A DNA stretch of 64,000 nucleotides from an uncultured Bacillota bacterium (GCA_963823655.1 CAWGMK010000013.1:64001-128000); one strand, 5' to 3'; numbered from the stretch's first letter, positions 8,123 through 19,822 are shown. A program made the numbers and translations. The notes: generated by a model not told the origin, from the sequence alone.

Positions 8123-9703
8123 TTATTTTGTCGAGCAAGCGTAGAAGTACTTGAACCCGAACGGTGATACGATGACGCCCTGGAGGTTGGCCTTCTGGAG
8201 ATACTCGTCTGTGTAGAAGAATATCGGGGCGGCTACTGCTTCTTCCATGATTACTTTCTCTGCGTCATGCAGATACTTGTAACGGACTACAGGATTGGCA
8301 GTATTCGCGGCGGCCTTGGCGAGCAGGTCATCGAACTTCGCGCTCGAATACTGGCCGTCATTGTTTCCGTTGCCGGTTGCGAACAGATCCAGGAACGATG
8401 TCGGATCGTCGTAGTCTGCGAGCCAGCCGTTACGGGCGATCTGATAGTTGCCCTTGCGGCGCTGCTCTGTGAATACGTTCCACTCTACGTTGGCTAGGGT
8501 TACGTCGATGTTGAGAGCCTGCTTCCACATCTGCTGGAGGGCTTCGGCTATCTTCTTGTGGCCAGAGCTGGTGTTATAGACGTACTCCAGTTTCGGGAAG
8601 CCCTTGCCGTCCGGATAACCGGCATCGGCCAGGAACTTCTTCGCGGACTCTACGTTCTTGGCGTATACGCTAGGATCGATGAACTTCGACTCGGGCTTCT
8701 GGCTGAAGTCCTTGTTGTCGGAGTCGGTTATGCCGAATGCTACCATTGCGTTGGCAGGGATCGCTCCGCCGCCGCGTACGACTTCGGCGATGTACTTGGT
8801 ATCGATTGCATACCAAAGGGCCTTACGTACGAGGACGTTGTCGAGAGGAGCGACCTTCACGTTGAAGGAGACATAATAGGTGCCGATTGTCGGCGCAACG
8901 TGGTACTCAGGAAGCTTTATTACGCTCTTGTACTCATCTATCGGGTAGGTGTCGATGAAGGACAGCTGGTTGTTCTTGAAGGCTGCGAATACAGCGTTAT
9001 CATCGGAGAAGAGCTTGAAGGTGAGCTTAGGGACCTTCACGGCCGACTTGTTGTGATAATAGCCGTTCGCTACCATCTCGATTACGGAGTCCTGTACCCT
9101 CTTGGAAAGCTTGTACATGCCGTTCGACACGAACTTCTTGGGGTCGAGGGTCCACTTGTCGTTGGGAGTGCCGTCGGCGTTCTCAACGATGTCCTTACGG
9201 ACGGGCATGAAGGTGGGGAACGCGAACAAGGACTTCATGTAAGGTACTTTCAGCTTCAGTGCTACTACGATCGTCTTGCTGTCCTTGGCAACCGTCTTGG
9301 TGAGGTCAAGGTTGTCGGTGATCAAGTAGGCATAAGGGGAAGCCATTGCTTCTGAGGCTGCGCGCTTCCATGCATAGACGAAGTCCTCGGCGACCAGCTT
9401 CTTGCCGTCGCTCCAGAATACGTTGTCCTTCAGGACAACTGTCCAGGTCTTGCCGTCAGCGGATTCAACTGCGCTCTTCGCAACGCCAAGGACGAGGGAT
9501 CCGTCCGGTGCGTAAGTATAGACGCCCTCGAAAAGATGGCCGATGTAAATTGCGCCGTCTACTGCCGAGTTCAGCGCGGGATCGATGGTCTCCGGTTCGG
9601 AACCGACAGACACTGAGAGCGCTGCGATCGGCGCGCCCATTACGATGCCGGTAAGGCTCGCAAAGGCGAGGACGATGGAAAGTACTAGTGCTATCCTCTT
9701 CAT
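8123..9703 (-). CDS. oppA: Oligopeptide ABC transporter substrate-binding protein
   Basis: EPETIDPA, WSDGK, VRKAL and GWLADYDDP SBP family 5 motifs; signal peptide. Confidence 0.9.
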   Translation of the reverse strand: MKRIALVLSIVLAFASLTGIVMGAPIAALSVSVGSEPETIDPALNSAVDGAIYIGHLFEGVYTYAPDGSLVLGVAKSAVESADGKTWTVVLKDNVFWSDGKKLVAEDFVYAWKRAASEAMASPYAYLITDNLDLTKTVAKDSKTIVVALKLKVPYMKSLFAFPTFMPVRKDIVENADGTPNDKWTLDPKKFVSNGMYKLSKRVQDSVIEMVANGYYHNKSAVKVPKLTFKLFSDDNAVFAAFKNNQLSFIDTYPIDEYKSVIKLPEYHVAPTIGTYYVSFNVKVAPLDNVLVRKALWYAIDTKYIAEVVRGGGAIPANAMVAFGITDSDNKDFSQKPESKFIDPSVYAKNVESAKKFLADAGYPDGKGFPKLEYVYNTSSGHKKIAEALQQMWKQALNIDVTLANVEWNVFTEQRRKGNYQIARNGWLADYDDPTSFLDLFATGNGNNDGQYSSAKFDDLLAKAAANTANPVVRYKYLHDAEKVIMEEAVAAPIFFYTDEYLQKANLQGVIVSPFGFKYFYACSTK

Positions 9704-9779
9704 TACTTTTCCTCCTCTGTTATTTGAACGCCTTAAGGCGTTACACCCTAAATATTATTATCTGACTTTACACGAATTC

Positions 9780-10748
9780 CTACCTCTTGTCCAATAAATA
9801 ACATGCGCACAAATGACCGGGTCCGACTTCCTTCAATACCGGGTCCGCTTCGCCGCATATCGGCATGGCGTACTTGCAGCGCTGCTTGAACCTGCATCCA
9901 GGAGGCGGATTGATCGGGGACGGGACATCGCCCTCCAAAGGCACCCTCTTCCTGGATCTGCTGATCTTAGGATCGGGAACGGGTATTGCTGATAACAATG
10001 CCTGTGTATATGGATGTAACGGGGACTTATAAAGTTCCTCGGTATTCGTTATTTCCATCATCTTGCCCAAGTACATGACGCCGACATTAGTGGAAATGTG
10101 TTTGACCACCGCAAGGTCGTGGGCAATGAAAAGGTATGTTAGCTGGAAGTCCTTCTGAAGGTCCTCAAGCATGTTCATGACCTGCGCCTGTATCGAGACG
10201 TCCAATGCCGAGATGGGCTCGTCACAGACTATGAACTCCGGGCGAACAGCCAGGGCCCTGGCTATACCGATTCGCTGCCTCTGGCCTCCCGAGAACTCGT
10301 GGGGGTATCTGCTTCCATGGTCCGGCGAAAGCCCAACAAGGCAGAGTAGCTCATGAATCTTCTGATCGCGTTCCTTGCGATGTGCCGGCCATCCTGTGAA
10401 TGTCCATGGCTTCGGCTATGATGTCGCCGACGGTCATCCTGGGATCAAGCGAGGCATACGGGTCCTGGAAGATGATCTGCATCTTCCTCCTATATGATGT
10501 CATATCCCCCTTAGTGATGTCATGCCCATCATATATAAGCTTCCCGGAAGTCGGCTCGTATAGCCTTAGTACTGTCCTGCCTACCGTCGTTTTCCGCAGC
10601 CTGATTCGCCTACAAGGCCGAAAGTCTCGCCCTTGTTGATCGTGAAGCTTATGTCGTCCACGGCATGCACGAACTTGGTTGGCTCCAGCCAACTTGACTT
10701 CACAGGGAAGTACTTTTTCAGGTTCTTTACTTCAAGCAACTTGCTCAT
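9780..10748 (-). CDS. oppF: Oligopeptide ABC transporter ATPase (two frameshifts, near 10595 and 10370)
   Basis: Fragments [41 protein letters not shown] and [12 protein letters not shown], plus a Cys-rich C-terminus. Confidence 0.85.
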
Positions 10749-11779
10749 ATTTCGCACACCTCATTTCCGGAGGGATCTGGACGGCAGGCACGAAAGGCTT
10801 ATCCTTGATCTGTTCGTGAAGGAGCCAACATGCAGCCCTGTGTTTCTCGCCTAACTCAAAGAACGGAGGTTGGTTGTCCATGCAAATCCTCATGCAGTAT
10901 TCGCACCTCGGCGCGAATGAGCAGCCCGGAGGAGGGCACAGAAGGTCCACAGGCGTGCCGTCGATTGGAACTAGCCTCTCCTTCTTATCAAGGTGAAGCC
11001 TTGGTATGGACCTAAGCAACCCTTTCGTGTAAGGATGCCCCGGCTTTTCGAAGATATCGTAGATTGAGGCCTCCTCGACAACCTTGCCTGCATACATGAC
11101 CATTACCCTGTCACATACATCAGAGATTATCCCTAGGTCATGAGTGATGAGGATTACCGACATGTTGATCTTCGCCCTCAGGTTCTTGAGAAGGTCGAGT
11201 ATCTGGGCCTGGATTGTAACATCAAGCGCTGTAGTCGGTTCATCTGCTATCACCAGCTTGGGGTCATTGGCGAGTGCCATGGCAATCATTACCCTCTGCT
11301 TCATGCCTCCGGAGAACTCGTGTGGGTATTGCTTCATTCGCCTTTCAGGGAAAGGTATTTCAACCATCTCAAGAAGTTGTATTGCCTTCTTGCGGGCTTC
11401 CTTCTTGCTTAGCTTCTCGTGCACTAGTATTGATTCTACAAGCTGGTTCCCAATAGAGAAAACCGGGTTAAGGCAGGTAGTAGGGTCCTGAAAGACCATT
11501 GCTATGTCGCTGCCCCGGATTTCCTGCATCTGCTTCTCCGGCAACGAAAGCATATCCTTGCCGTCGAATTCGATTGATCCGCTCACTACTTTGCCCGGGG
11601 GAGTAAGCAAGTCCAATCAAGGCATATACAGAAACGGATTTGCCTGATCCGGATTCGCCCACTATACCAACGACTTCGCCCTTATCCAATGCCCAGCTAA
11701 TCTCGCGCACTGCCTGGACTTCGCCGGCTTGGGTAAAGAACGACACTTTTAAGTCTTTTATATTTACAAGGTCTCCCAT
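10732..11779 (-). CDS. oppD: Oligopeptide ABC transporter ATPase (frameshift near 11615)
   Basis: [33 protein letters not shown] and HPYTKGL. Confidence 0.88.
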
Positions 11780-11806
11780 CGCATTTCCTCGCTTCCTGCC
11801 ATAAGG

Positions 11807-12843
11807 CTACTTCTTCATCTTCGGGTCCAGGGCATCACGCAGGCCGTCTCCAAGCTGGTTGAATGCCAGAATGGTCAGCGCGATGATCAAGGACGGGAAA
11901 AGAAGCCTGTAAGGATAGGTGTAGACGCCATTCATGGCATCTGAAGCAAGAGAGCCGAGTGACGCCATCGGTGCTGAAACTCCAAGGCCGATAAAGCTAA
12001 GAAACGATTCCACGAATATTGCCGCAGGAATCTGGAAAGTAGCAGTGACGATTATCGGTCCGATGCTATTAGGTATCAAGTGCCTTAATATTATCCTTTT
12101 GCTGCTCGCTCCAAGCGCCCTGGCAGCAGTGACGAATTCCTGTTCTTTTATCTGCATAACCTGGCCGCGGACCATCCTTGCCATCCCAACCCAGTAGAGC
12201 AGCGCGAATGTTATGAAATATCGAGATTAGGCCTGGCGCCGATCCCGGCAAGGCCGCTAAACACCCCGCCGGATTCGAAAAGCGCGGTGAGTGGGTCCTT
12301 CAAATAACGGAAAGCAGGATGACTATCAAAATATCAGGGACGGAGTAGAGGATCTCCACGAACCTCATCATGATATTGTCGATCCAACCGCCCGCAAGGC
12401 CGGCGATCGATCCATACAATGATCCGATTATCAAGATGATCAATGTGGCAACCAAGGCCTACAAGAAAGGAGATCCTGGTGCCGATCATGACCCTGACCA
12501 TGAGGTCGCGGCCTAGTTTGTCTGTTCCCATCCAATGGCCCATGCGTACTGTACCGTCCTCATTTGTTATCTTAGCTAATGTAGGGGGAAAGGTCCACAT
12601 CTTCTCTTATCTGCTGCTTCATAGCTGTAGGGCATCAATCATGGGGCCTATGAACGCGAACATGAAAACAAGCAATATTACTACTATGGACGCCATGGCC
12701 ACCTTGTTCCGCCTAAGTCTCCTGCCGGCATCCTGCCAATATGTGGTGGACGGGCGCATGACGCTCAACTGTACGCGCTCCGATTTCGGAACGGGTGAGA
12801 ACATCTCTGGATCTACTTGCATGCTAAAAGGTTTCTTATTCAT
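11807..12843 (-). CDS. oppC: Oligopeptide ABC transporter permease (multiple frameshifts)
   Basis: [38 protein letters not shown] and [10 protein letters not shown] spread across ORF fragments. Confidence 0.85.
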
Positions 12844-12855
12844 CCTGCGCCCTCC

Positions 12856-13775
12856 TTATCTCAGCTTGATTCTGGGGTCGATCAAGCGGGTATACGATAT
12901 CGACCACAAGATTCATGGTAATTATAAATGCTGCAAGGAATATCGTGGTTCCCATGATCATCGGATAATCCCTTGCATTGATTGAGTCAATGAAGAACTT
13001 TCCAAGTCCTGGTATCGTGAAATATCTTCTCGACAATGAAACCGCCTGAGAGAACATAGGCCGTCAAGGGTCCCAGGTATGTCACGACAGGCAGGATGGA
13101 ATTCTTAAGGCATGTTTGCCGATTACAAGCAGTTTATTCAGGCCCTTGGCCTTCGCCGTACGGATGTAGTCCTGGCCTAGAACATCCAGCATGGAAGACC
13201 TGGTCAGCCTTGAAATATAGCATGTCGGATATAGCGAAAGCGCTATAGAAGGCATGATGTAGTTCTTCCATGAGTCTAGCCCGAAAGTCGGAAGTATAGG
13301 CCAAAGAACGCCGAATACTATTAGTAGAAGAGTTCCTATGACAAATCCCGGCACAGCAATGCCAAAGGTCGTAAAAAGCATAATCAGCCTGTCAGGCCAC
13401 CTTCTCATGGTTCAAAGCCGCAAGGCTGCCCAGAGGGATGCCTATGCATACGGCTAGCGTAAGGGCTATCAAGCCTACCTTGGCCGAGATAGGGAACTTG
13501 TCGGTGATTATCTCGTTGACAGTCCTGCCTTTATACTTAATAGTGGGCCCGAAGTCGAAACGGGCCACATTCTTCATATATGTCAGATACTGGTCCAACA
13601 TTGGCTTATCGAGGCCATATTTCTTGTTCAACGCTTCTATTACGCTAGGTGGCAGGCCTTTTTCTGAGTTGAAGGGGCTTCCTGGTACAAACCTCATCAA
13701 CAGGAAAGTCAGCGTCGCGATCAAGAAGATCGTTACAACCGCCGAAAGCACACGCCTAAGGATGAATTTCCACAT
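12856..13775 (-). CDS. oppB: Oligopeptide ABC transporter permease (multiple frameshifts)
   Basis: [37 protein letters not shown] and RDYP spread across fragments. Confidence 0.85.
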
Positions 13776-13928
13776 ATACCCAACTCCTTGGTAAAATAGT
13801 AACATTACGACATTTTGCTACATTCTTAATGATAATACACCTGAACCCAAAATATGACTATATTCGTAGTAAAAACGAGATTGTGTACAGGATTCACATG
13901 TAAAATGTATCGAAAACCGTGTTGCAAA

Positions 13929-15518
13929 TCAAAAACCGCCCCTATTTACGACCGATGCCATTATCCCCGACCAGAATTCGAATACTCCAGAAATGATCTC
14001 GTAATCGACGCGGGGCTGGATGTCCAAGTACATCGAGGCTGCGCCTTCTTTTGTGAATTGAGGCCAAGCCGGTCTCATAGCGTGGGATGGGTTGCCCGTT
14101 TTGGAAAATGCAGTCCAATAATCCGCCATCATTCTTGCTACTTCTTTTTCATCGGCGAGGAAGGCGGGGGTGTCCACTATGCCGAAGACGTATAGCAGGT
14201 CAGACGCGTGGAATGCCCCGATTCCGGCAGACCTAAGAAGCTTGCTTGCATAGGCAAAGATATAATTGTAAACGGGATTTCCTGCTCGCGAATGGAGAAT
14301 TGAAGCCAATCTGGATGAATAAGTGAATGTTACGTCTCCGATTGCGCTCATATATGCTCGTCCCGGAGTTGCTTCATCAAACGGGTACTGCTCAATGATC
14401 TTTTCCACGAATTCGGGGAAATACCTTGCCAACTTAACCTTATACTCCTCCAGGGTGGTCGGCCCTCCTGATGAGGATATGCCCATCTCATCAGAGTTGG
14501 ATCCGACGACAAGGGGGACTTTTGACTGTTCTCCCCTGCTGAACACATCAAGTGGCTGGCTTCTTAGCAGATAGCCATCCAAGCAAAGAAGGTCAAGGGT
14601 GCTTTTTGCAGGCATATTGCCGTCATTTGACGGGTTCATCTTCAGTAGTTGCTCCCAGTTCATCAGCCTTAATTCGTCAAGGGAGGTTTCGAAGTCGTCA
14701 ACGCCTATTCTTGAGGCCATCCTCTCCCATAACTGACAAGCCTCCTGGCTGGTCTTAAGGCCGAAAGGAATTGCACCGCTCTGGGCAATAGCACCTTGGA
14801 ACAGTCCTTCTGAAAGGGAGGAGGACATTAAAGTCAGAACGCTTACGGCGCCTGCAGATTCGCCGAAGACAGTAACATTTTCCGGATCCCCGCCGAAGCC
14901 GGCGATGTTCTCCTTAACCCATTTGAGAGCCGCAATCTGATCAAGCAACCCATAATTGCCGTAAGAGCCGCCGGTGGAGGCATCCGCAAGACCAGGATGG
15001 CAGAAGAACCCGAAGACGCCGAGCCTGTAATTGAGCGTGACTACGATGACACCTCTTTCGGCCAGGTATGACCCGTCATAAACCCTTTTCGCGGCGGAAC
15101 CTGTAAGAAAGGAGCCTCCATGGATATATACCATAACTGGCAAACCTGCTTCGGCATCATCTGCCGGAGTCCAGACATTCAAGTATAGGCAGTCCTCATC
15201 GAATGTCTCGAGCTGCAAGTCGATATCTGTTGTGGAAGGGTAGGAAGGGCAGCTGCTCTTAAAGACATCGCAAAGCAAAGGCAATTTCCAGGGTTCGGGC
15301 GGTCTCGGAGCCTTCCACCTGAGTTCTCCCACAGGTGGAGCTGCATAAGGTATGCCTTTGAATACCCTAATATCACCGAAAGACAGGTTGCCCATCACAG
15401 GTCCGTAGGCAGTAGGTACTACAAGCGGTACTTTAGCTGATGCATTTCCTGCGCAGCCGATGAATACGGCAATGATTACCGAAATCAGCATAAAGGTTAT
15501 CGCCTTGGAGAGCTTCAT
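13929..15518 (-). CDS. Type-B carboxylesterase/lipase (PnbA-like), exported
   Basis: FKGIPYAAPPVG, EDCLYLNVW, HGGSF, GESAG nucleophile elbow and a catalytic His in FHASD. Confidence 0.9.
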   Translation of the reverse strand: MKLSKAITFMLISVIIAVFIGCAGNASAKVPLVVPTAYGPVMGNLSFGDIRVFKGIPYAAPPVGELRWKAPRPPEPWKLPLLCDVFKSSCPSYPSTTDIDLQLETFDEDCLYLNVWTPADDAEAGLPVMVYIHGGSFLTGSAAKRVYDGSYLAERGVIVVTLNYRLGVFGFFCHPGLADASTGGSYGNYGLLDQIAALKWVKENIAGFGGDPENVTVFGESAGAVSVLTLMSSSLSEGLFQGAIAQSGAIPFGLKTSQEACQLWERMASRIGVDDFETSLDELRLMNWEQLLKMNPSNDGNMPAKSTLDLLCLDGYLLRSQPLDVFSRGEQSKVPLVVGSNSDEMGISSSGGPTTLEEYKVKLARYFPEFVEKIIEQYPFDEATPGRAYMSAIGDVTFTYSSRLASILHSRAGNPVYNYIFAYASKLLRSAGIGAFHASDLLYVFGIVDTPAFLADEKEVARMMADYWTAFSKTGNPSHAMRPAWPQFTKEGAASMYLDIQPRVDYEIISGVFEFWSGIMASVVNRGGF

Positions 15519-15578
15519 ATAATACCTCCCGGGAGGAATCATGAAACATAATCGAATTGTAGCACAACGAAGTATAAG

Positions 15579-16754
15579 CTACATGTTCTCCCGGGGGTGC
15601 CTGCCGAATATGCAGGCGGTCGAAGCGAGTGATATGACCTTGTTCCCGTGACGGCTCCTTATGCTATCGAGCGCATTGGTCAGGTTGTACTTTCGAAGCT
15701 CTTCAGGAAGCAATGAGACTTGCCTTAATGATCCCTCATACATCGATAACGACGAAAGGCCAAGACCAATAAGCCTTACCTTCCTGCTCCTGTCCCAATG
15801 GCTCTCGAACAGGGGCATAGCGAACTCCGCCACCTCGTACCCGGTGACAATATTGTTGCACAGCGTCTTGGATTTTTGGGCAGTCTCGAAATCATCATAC
15901 CTGATAGTAATGGTGATGGTCTTCGCGCACATACCCTCTTTACGCATCCTGCTGCTCACGTGGTCAGACAGGAAATGGATGCAGTGAAGCATTGTATCCT
16001 TATCAGAGACATCAAACGGCAGAGTCATTCGACAGGATATGCTTTTCGGAGGAATTTCTCCAAGTTGAATAAGGTCTTCATCAAGTCCTGACAGCAGCCT
16101 TAAGATACTATCCTGAGACAATCCCAACTGCTTGAGGACGATTTCTGGGGAGGCTCTCAGTTGTCCAAGCGTCAAAATGCCTTTCGATTTTAAAAAGTAA
16201 ACAGTTGCTTTACCGATGCCCAATAACCGCTCGACGCCGAACTTGTCCAAGCAGCAGGGGAGCTCGTCTGGCCTGAGCACAGTCAAGCCTTTTGGTTTGA
16301 CAATTTCGGATGCGAGCTTGGCAAGGATCTTCGTTGGAGCCACCCCAATGGAGACAGTGATGCCGATGCTGGCTTCAACCCATTCTGCGAATTTTCTCAA
16401 CACTGATACTGCGGCCTCATACGAAGAGGTGGATTCAACATAGAATTCGTCTATTGATGAGGATTCCACTGCGAAACCCAATGCTTCAAGCTTAGAGCCC
16501 ATCAATCTGTGGACTGAAGCATAGTAACTGAAGTCGCCGGATATGAAAATCGCTTCCGGACAGATCCTTGCTGCTTCACTGGGTGACATTCCAGCTTTTA
16601 CGCCTTGTCTCTTGGCTGGGTATGATGCCGATGAGACAACGCTCCTGGTTCCCGGAGCACCGGCAATGATGAGGCTCTTGCCTGCAAGGGAAGGGTTCTT
16701 TGCCTGCTCACACGAAGCGAAAAAGGCATCGCAGTCAATAAGGGCCTTAGGCAT
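15579..16754 (-). CDS. dinB: DNA polymerase IV (Y family)
   Basis: DCDAFFAS, SIDE, LAKLAS..KPKG, and a C-terminal clamp-binding-like QVSLL. Confidence 0.9.
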   Translation of the reverse strand: MPKALIDCDAFFASCEQAKNPSLAGKSLIIAGAPGTRSVVSSASYPAKRQGVKAGMSPSEAARICPEAIFISGDFSYYASVHRLMGSKLEALGFAVESSSIDEFYVESTSSYEAAVSVLRKFAEWVEASIGITVSIGVAPTKILAKLASEIVKPKGLTVLRPDELPCCLDKFGVERLLGIGKATVYFLKSKGILTLGQLRASPEIVLKQLGLSQDSILRLLSGLDEDLIQLGEIPPKSISCRMTLPFDVSDKDTMLHCIHFLSDHVSSRMRKEGMCAKTITITIRYDDFETAQKSKTLCNNIVTGYEVAEFAMPLFESHWDRSRKVRLIGLGLSSLSMYEGSLRQVSLLPEELRKYNLTNALDSIRSRHGNKVISLASTACIFGRHPRENM

Positions 16755-17535
16755 TGGACATCAGCTTCTTTTTCAGGGCCTTGGCGTTTCTTGCGGCGTT
16801 ACCCATGTGGCAGTTGTTCAGATATATATAGGAGTCCTTCGCAGACGACATTACCTTGTGAATTCCCGGGACCCATTCATCCAGCTCATCGTCCCCGTAG
16901 TCGTAGTCATATCTGTCACCACCAGGCCTTGCATTCCACCAATCCCGTTTGTTCCTGCCGTGGAATCTGAAGTATGAGAAATCAGCAGTGGCAACTGCAA
17001 GTGGAGGGAAAAGGCCGGGAAGGCGGGGCTCGTCAACACAGCAAAGCGCAAGTCCGTTTGATTCTAACAAGGAAATCATCTTCTCATTGGCCCATGAATC
17101 GTTTCTGAACTCAACTGCAGTCCTGATACCTTTGAAGACTTCTGCCGTCCTAAGAAGCCTATCAGCATTTTCCTGATTCATCCTGAATGACCACGGGTAT
17201 TGTATTAGCAGCGAGCCGAACTTCCCTCTATCCACCAACGGAATAAGAGAATCAGAGAATTCCTTTGATGCATTCAGGACATCCATCATGGAAAGCCCTT
17301 TATCGTGAGTGATGGACTTGTGAGTTCTTATGCTGAAGGTGAAATCATCCCCAACAGCGTCAGCGAGCTTGTTGAGTGTGCCTGAGCGCGGCATCGTATA
17401 GTAAGTATAATCCAGTTCGACTGTGGAGAACTCAGTCTGATAAAACCTAAGCATATCAGGCAATTTTGTCCCGCTGGGATAAAAGTGCCCGACCCAATCC
17501 TTATAGCTGAAACCCGATGTACCTATATGAAGCAT
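16747..17535 (-). CDS. DUF72 (YecE-like) protein
   Basis: IGTSGFSYKDW, VELDYTYY, AVEFR, YFRFHGRN, RYDY and NNCH; overlaps the dinB start. Confidence 0.9.
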   Translation of the reverse strand: MLHIGTSGFSYKDWVGHFYPSGTKLPDMLRFYQTEFSTVELDYTYYTMPRSGTLNKLADAVGDDFTFSIRTHKSITHDKGLSMMDVLNASKEFSDSLIPLVDRGKFGSLLIQYPWSFRMNQENADRLLRTAEVFKGIRTAVEFRNDSWANEKMISLLESNGLALCCVDEPRLPGLFPPLAVATADFSYFRFHGRNKRDWWNARPGGDRYDYDYGDDELDEWVPGIHKVMSSAKDSYIYLNNCHMGNAARNAKALKKKLMSNA

Positions 17536-17545
17536 GAAATCACTC

Positions 17546-17594
17546 CGAACAAATGTTCTGATTCGATTCTATACTTATGCCTGGACTTGTCAAT
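17546..17594 (-). promoter_or_regulatory. SigA-type promoter with LexA (Cheo/SOS) box for DUF72-dinB
   Basis: Minus strand TTGACA-16 bp-TAGAAT, followed by GAAC-N4-GTTC (CGAACAAATGTTCT, 17546-17559) just before the RBS. Confidence 0.8.
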
Positions 17595-17868
17595 TGGTTA
17601 GGTACTTTTTGCGATCAGCGATATTATACTTTTCCATGCACTGCTGTATACTAATTTTATCAGCTGGATATTCCTCTGGAATTCTGCCTGTCCGGTATGC
17701 TCAGTGGCTGGGAGTGCAGGACGAGTGACAGAAGGTCTTCTTTCGCGGATTATTGTGCTTTATTGGCGGTGCTGCCTTCCTTCTGTTGGGCGATACCGAC
17801 CGGGCTTTTGTAGCTAGACAGGTTCGTTTTTGAAAGGGGCCTGGCAAATGAGCAGGCTGTGTGCATAG

Positions 17869-18689
17869 ATGGGGAAGCTGAAGCTAATCTGCACTGATAT
17901 TGACGGTACTCTTGTATTGGATGATCACGTAAGTATCCCTGAGAAGAATATCGAAGCATTGCTGCAAGCCCAAAGAAACGGGGTTAAGGTGGCACTTGTT
18001 TCCGGGCGCGGCGTTTTCAGCCAGCAGCGTTTCGTAAAAGGGCTCTTGCTGGATCAATACGATGGCTTCTTGATTGCTTTCACCGGTGCAAAGATAGTAA
18101 CCGCCAAGCACCTTGAAGTGCTCTTCGGGCTTCCACTTGCCATGGCAGATATCAGGATGGTATTCGATTATGTTTCCCCCCTCGGAATGGACATCATGAT
18201 TTACGACGATGAGGAAGGGATAATGTACGCTACTTCAGATAACAAGTTCACCAATTCGACCAGCAAGTAACAGGAATGGCTTTTAGCCTGCTGGATAATA
18301 TGGACTTCACCCCGAGTTTTACTACTTATAAGTGCATTATCGCCGGCAGCCCCGAAAAGCTGGATAAATACCTTGACGGCATAAAGGAGAAGTATTCTGC
18401 AGATTACAGCATAACCAGATCGTCATCGGTCTTTGCCGAGTTCAATCTAAACGGAGCAAGCAAAGGAAATGCTGTAAGGATGCTCGCAAAGAGGTTAAGT
18501 ATAACAACTGAGGAGGTGCTGGCGGTAGGAAACGGCGAAAATGACAAATCGATGCTGACCTTAGCAGGGATGTCCGCAGCTCCCTCAGATGCGATGGAAG
18601 AGGCGAAAAGATCGGCAAAGTTCCTGTGCACAAGGAGAAATGCCGACGGCGCCCTGGCCGAGGCTATTGAGCATTACATCAAGCTATAG
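17869..18689 (+). CDS. Cof-type HAD-IIB phosphatase (frameshift near 18265)
   Basis: DIDGTL motif I, VSGR, SKGNA and GNGEND motif IV. Confidence 0.85.
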
Positions 18690-18766
18690 AGCATATTCGT
18701 AATGGCAAATTCTGGCGCCACTATGCATAATTGAGTTGAGCCTACTATTCATAAGGAGGAAAAACC

Positions 18767-19822
18767 ATGCGTAAGTATTTTGCCCTTGCCATCGCGTTGA
18801 TCATCGTAGCCGGCGCGGCAATGCTCGGTACTGCCGCTGAGCCGAGCGGAAAGCTTTCTGTCCTGATAATAATCCAGGAGGGCGAAGGAAAAGCAGTCAT
18901 CGAGGGATTTAAGAAGCTATATCCCAAAATCGCCGTGGATTCGCTCAGGATGTCGGCTTCAGAGGGTACTGCAAGGATAAAAGCAGAGAAGATTGACCCA
19001 ACTTTCGACATAATTCTTGGCGGCCCCTCCGACAATTTCGAGATACTGAAAAAGGAAAAGGCCCTTTTGAAGTACGTACCGGCCAACGCCGGCGAAATCC
19101 CCGCCGACTATCAGGATAATGAAGGTTACTGGTTCGGGCTTTATGTCGGGCCGCTTGCCATTGCCATCAACACGAAAAGGTACACTGAAAAGAATTACAA
19201 AGAGAAGCTCGGCAAAGACTGGAACCAGATTACTCTGGATGATCTTACCAAAGTATACGCTGCGAGCGGCGTCAAAGACGTCACCGTTGCCAATCCCAAA
19301 TCCTCAGGAACTGCGAAGATGTTCATATCTGGCCTATGGCAGTATTACAACTCCATCGGCCTTGATGGCAAGGCCAAGACGAATGAATGGTACAAGGCGC
19401 TGCATCCGAACGTAGGCAACTATCAGACGTCGGGAACCGGCCCGGTGAAGTCAGTAAGCCAGGGCGAATTCACATTCTGCATAACTCCAATGCATGACGT
19501 CTACCTTTACAAGATAGACAATCCGGCGATAGGCGTTGTCGAATTCAAGGAAGCAGGCTGGGAGATCGGAGCCGTAGGCGCGATTCTGAATTCACCCAAC
19601 CAGGTCAACGCGAAACTATTCATGGACTACCTTACTTCTGCAGCAGCCGGCAATGTGCTCTCCAGCTATTCGCAGAAGATACCGTGCAACAGCAATTCAG
19701 ATGGCCCTACAGTTGGCAAGCCTCTGTCAAAGACCGTATATTTCAAGAAATACAACTATGATTTCACAACAGTCCATGACGCAGAGATCAAGGAGCTGTT
19801 CAGCGCAATAACCGGCCTATAA
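18767..19822 (+). CDS. ABC transporter substrate-binding protein (AfuA/FbpA-like)
   Basis: Signal peptide, RIKAEK..P..DI..GG, NPKSSGT and AKLFMDY. Confidence 0.8.
   Translation: MRKYFALAIALIIVAGAAMLGTAAEPSGKLSVLIIIQEGEGKAVIEGFKKLYPKIAVDSLRMSASEGTARIKAEKIDPTFDIILGGPSDNFEILKKEKALLKYVPANAGEIPADYQDNEGYWFGLYVGPLAIAINTKRYTEKNYKEKLGKDWNQITLDDLTKVYAASGVKDVTVANPKSSGTAKMFISGLWQYYNSIGLDGKAKTNEWYKALHPNVGNYQTSGTGPVKSVSQGEFTFCITPMHDVYLYKIDNPAIGVVEFKEAGWEIGAVGAILNSPNQVNAKLFMDYLTSAAAGNVLSSYSQKIPCNSNSDGPTVGKPLSKTVYFKKYNYDFTTVHDAEIKELFSAITGL

Noticed and set aside
8558-9355. 265-aa ORF antisense to oppA
   Set aside because: Shadow ORF caused by the strong codon bias of oppA; no RBS or family motif.
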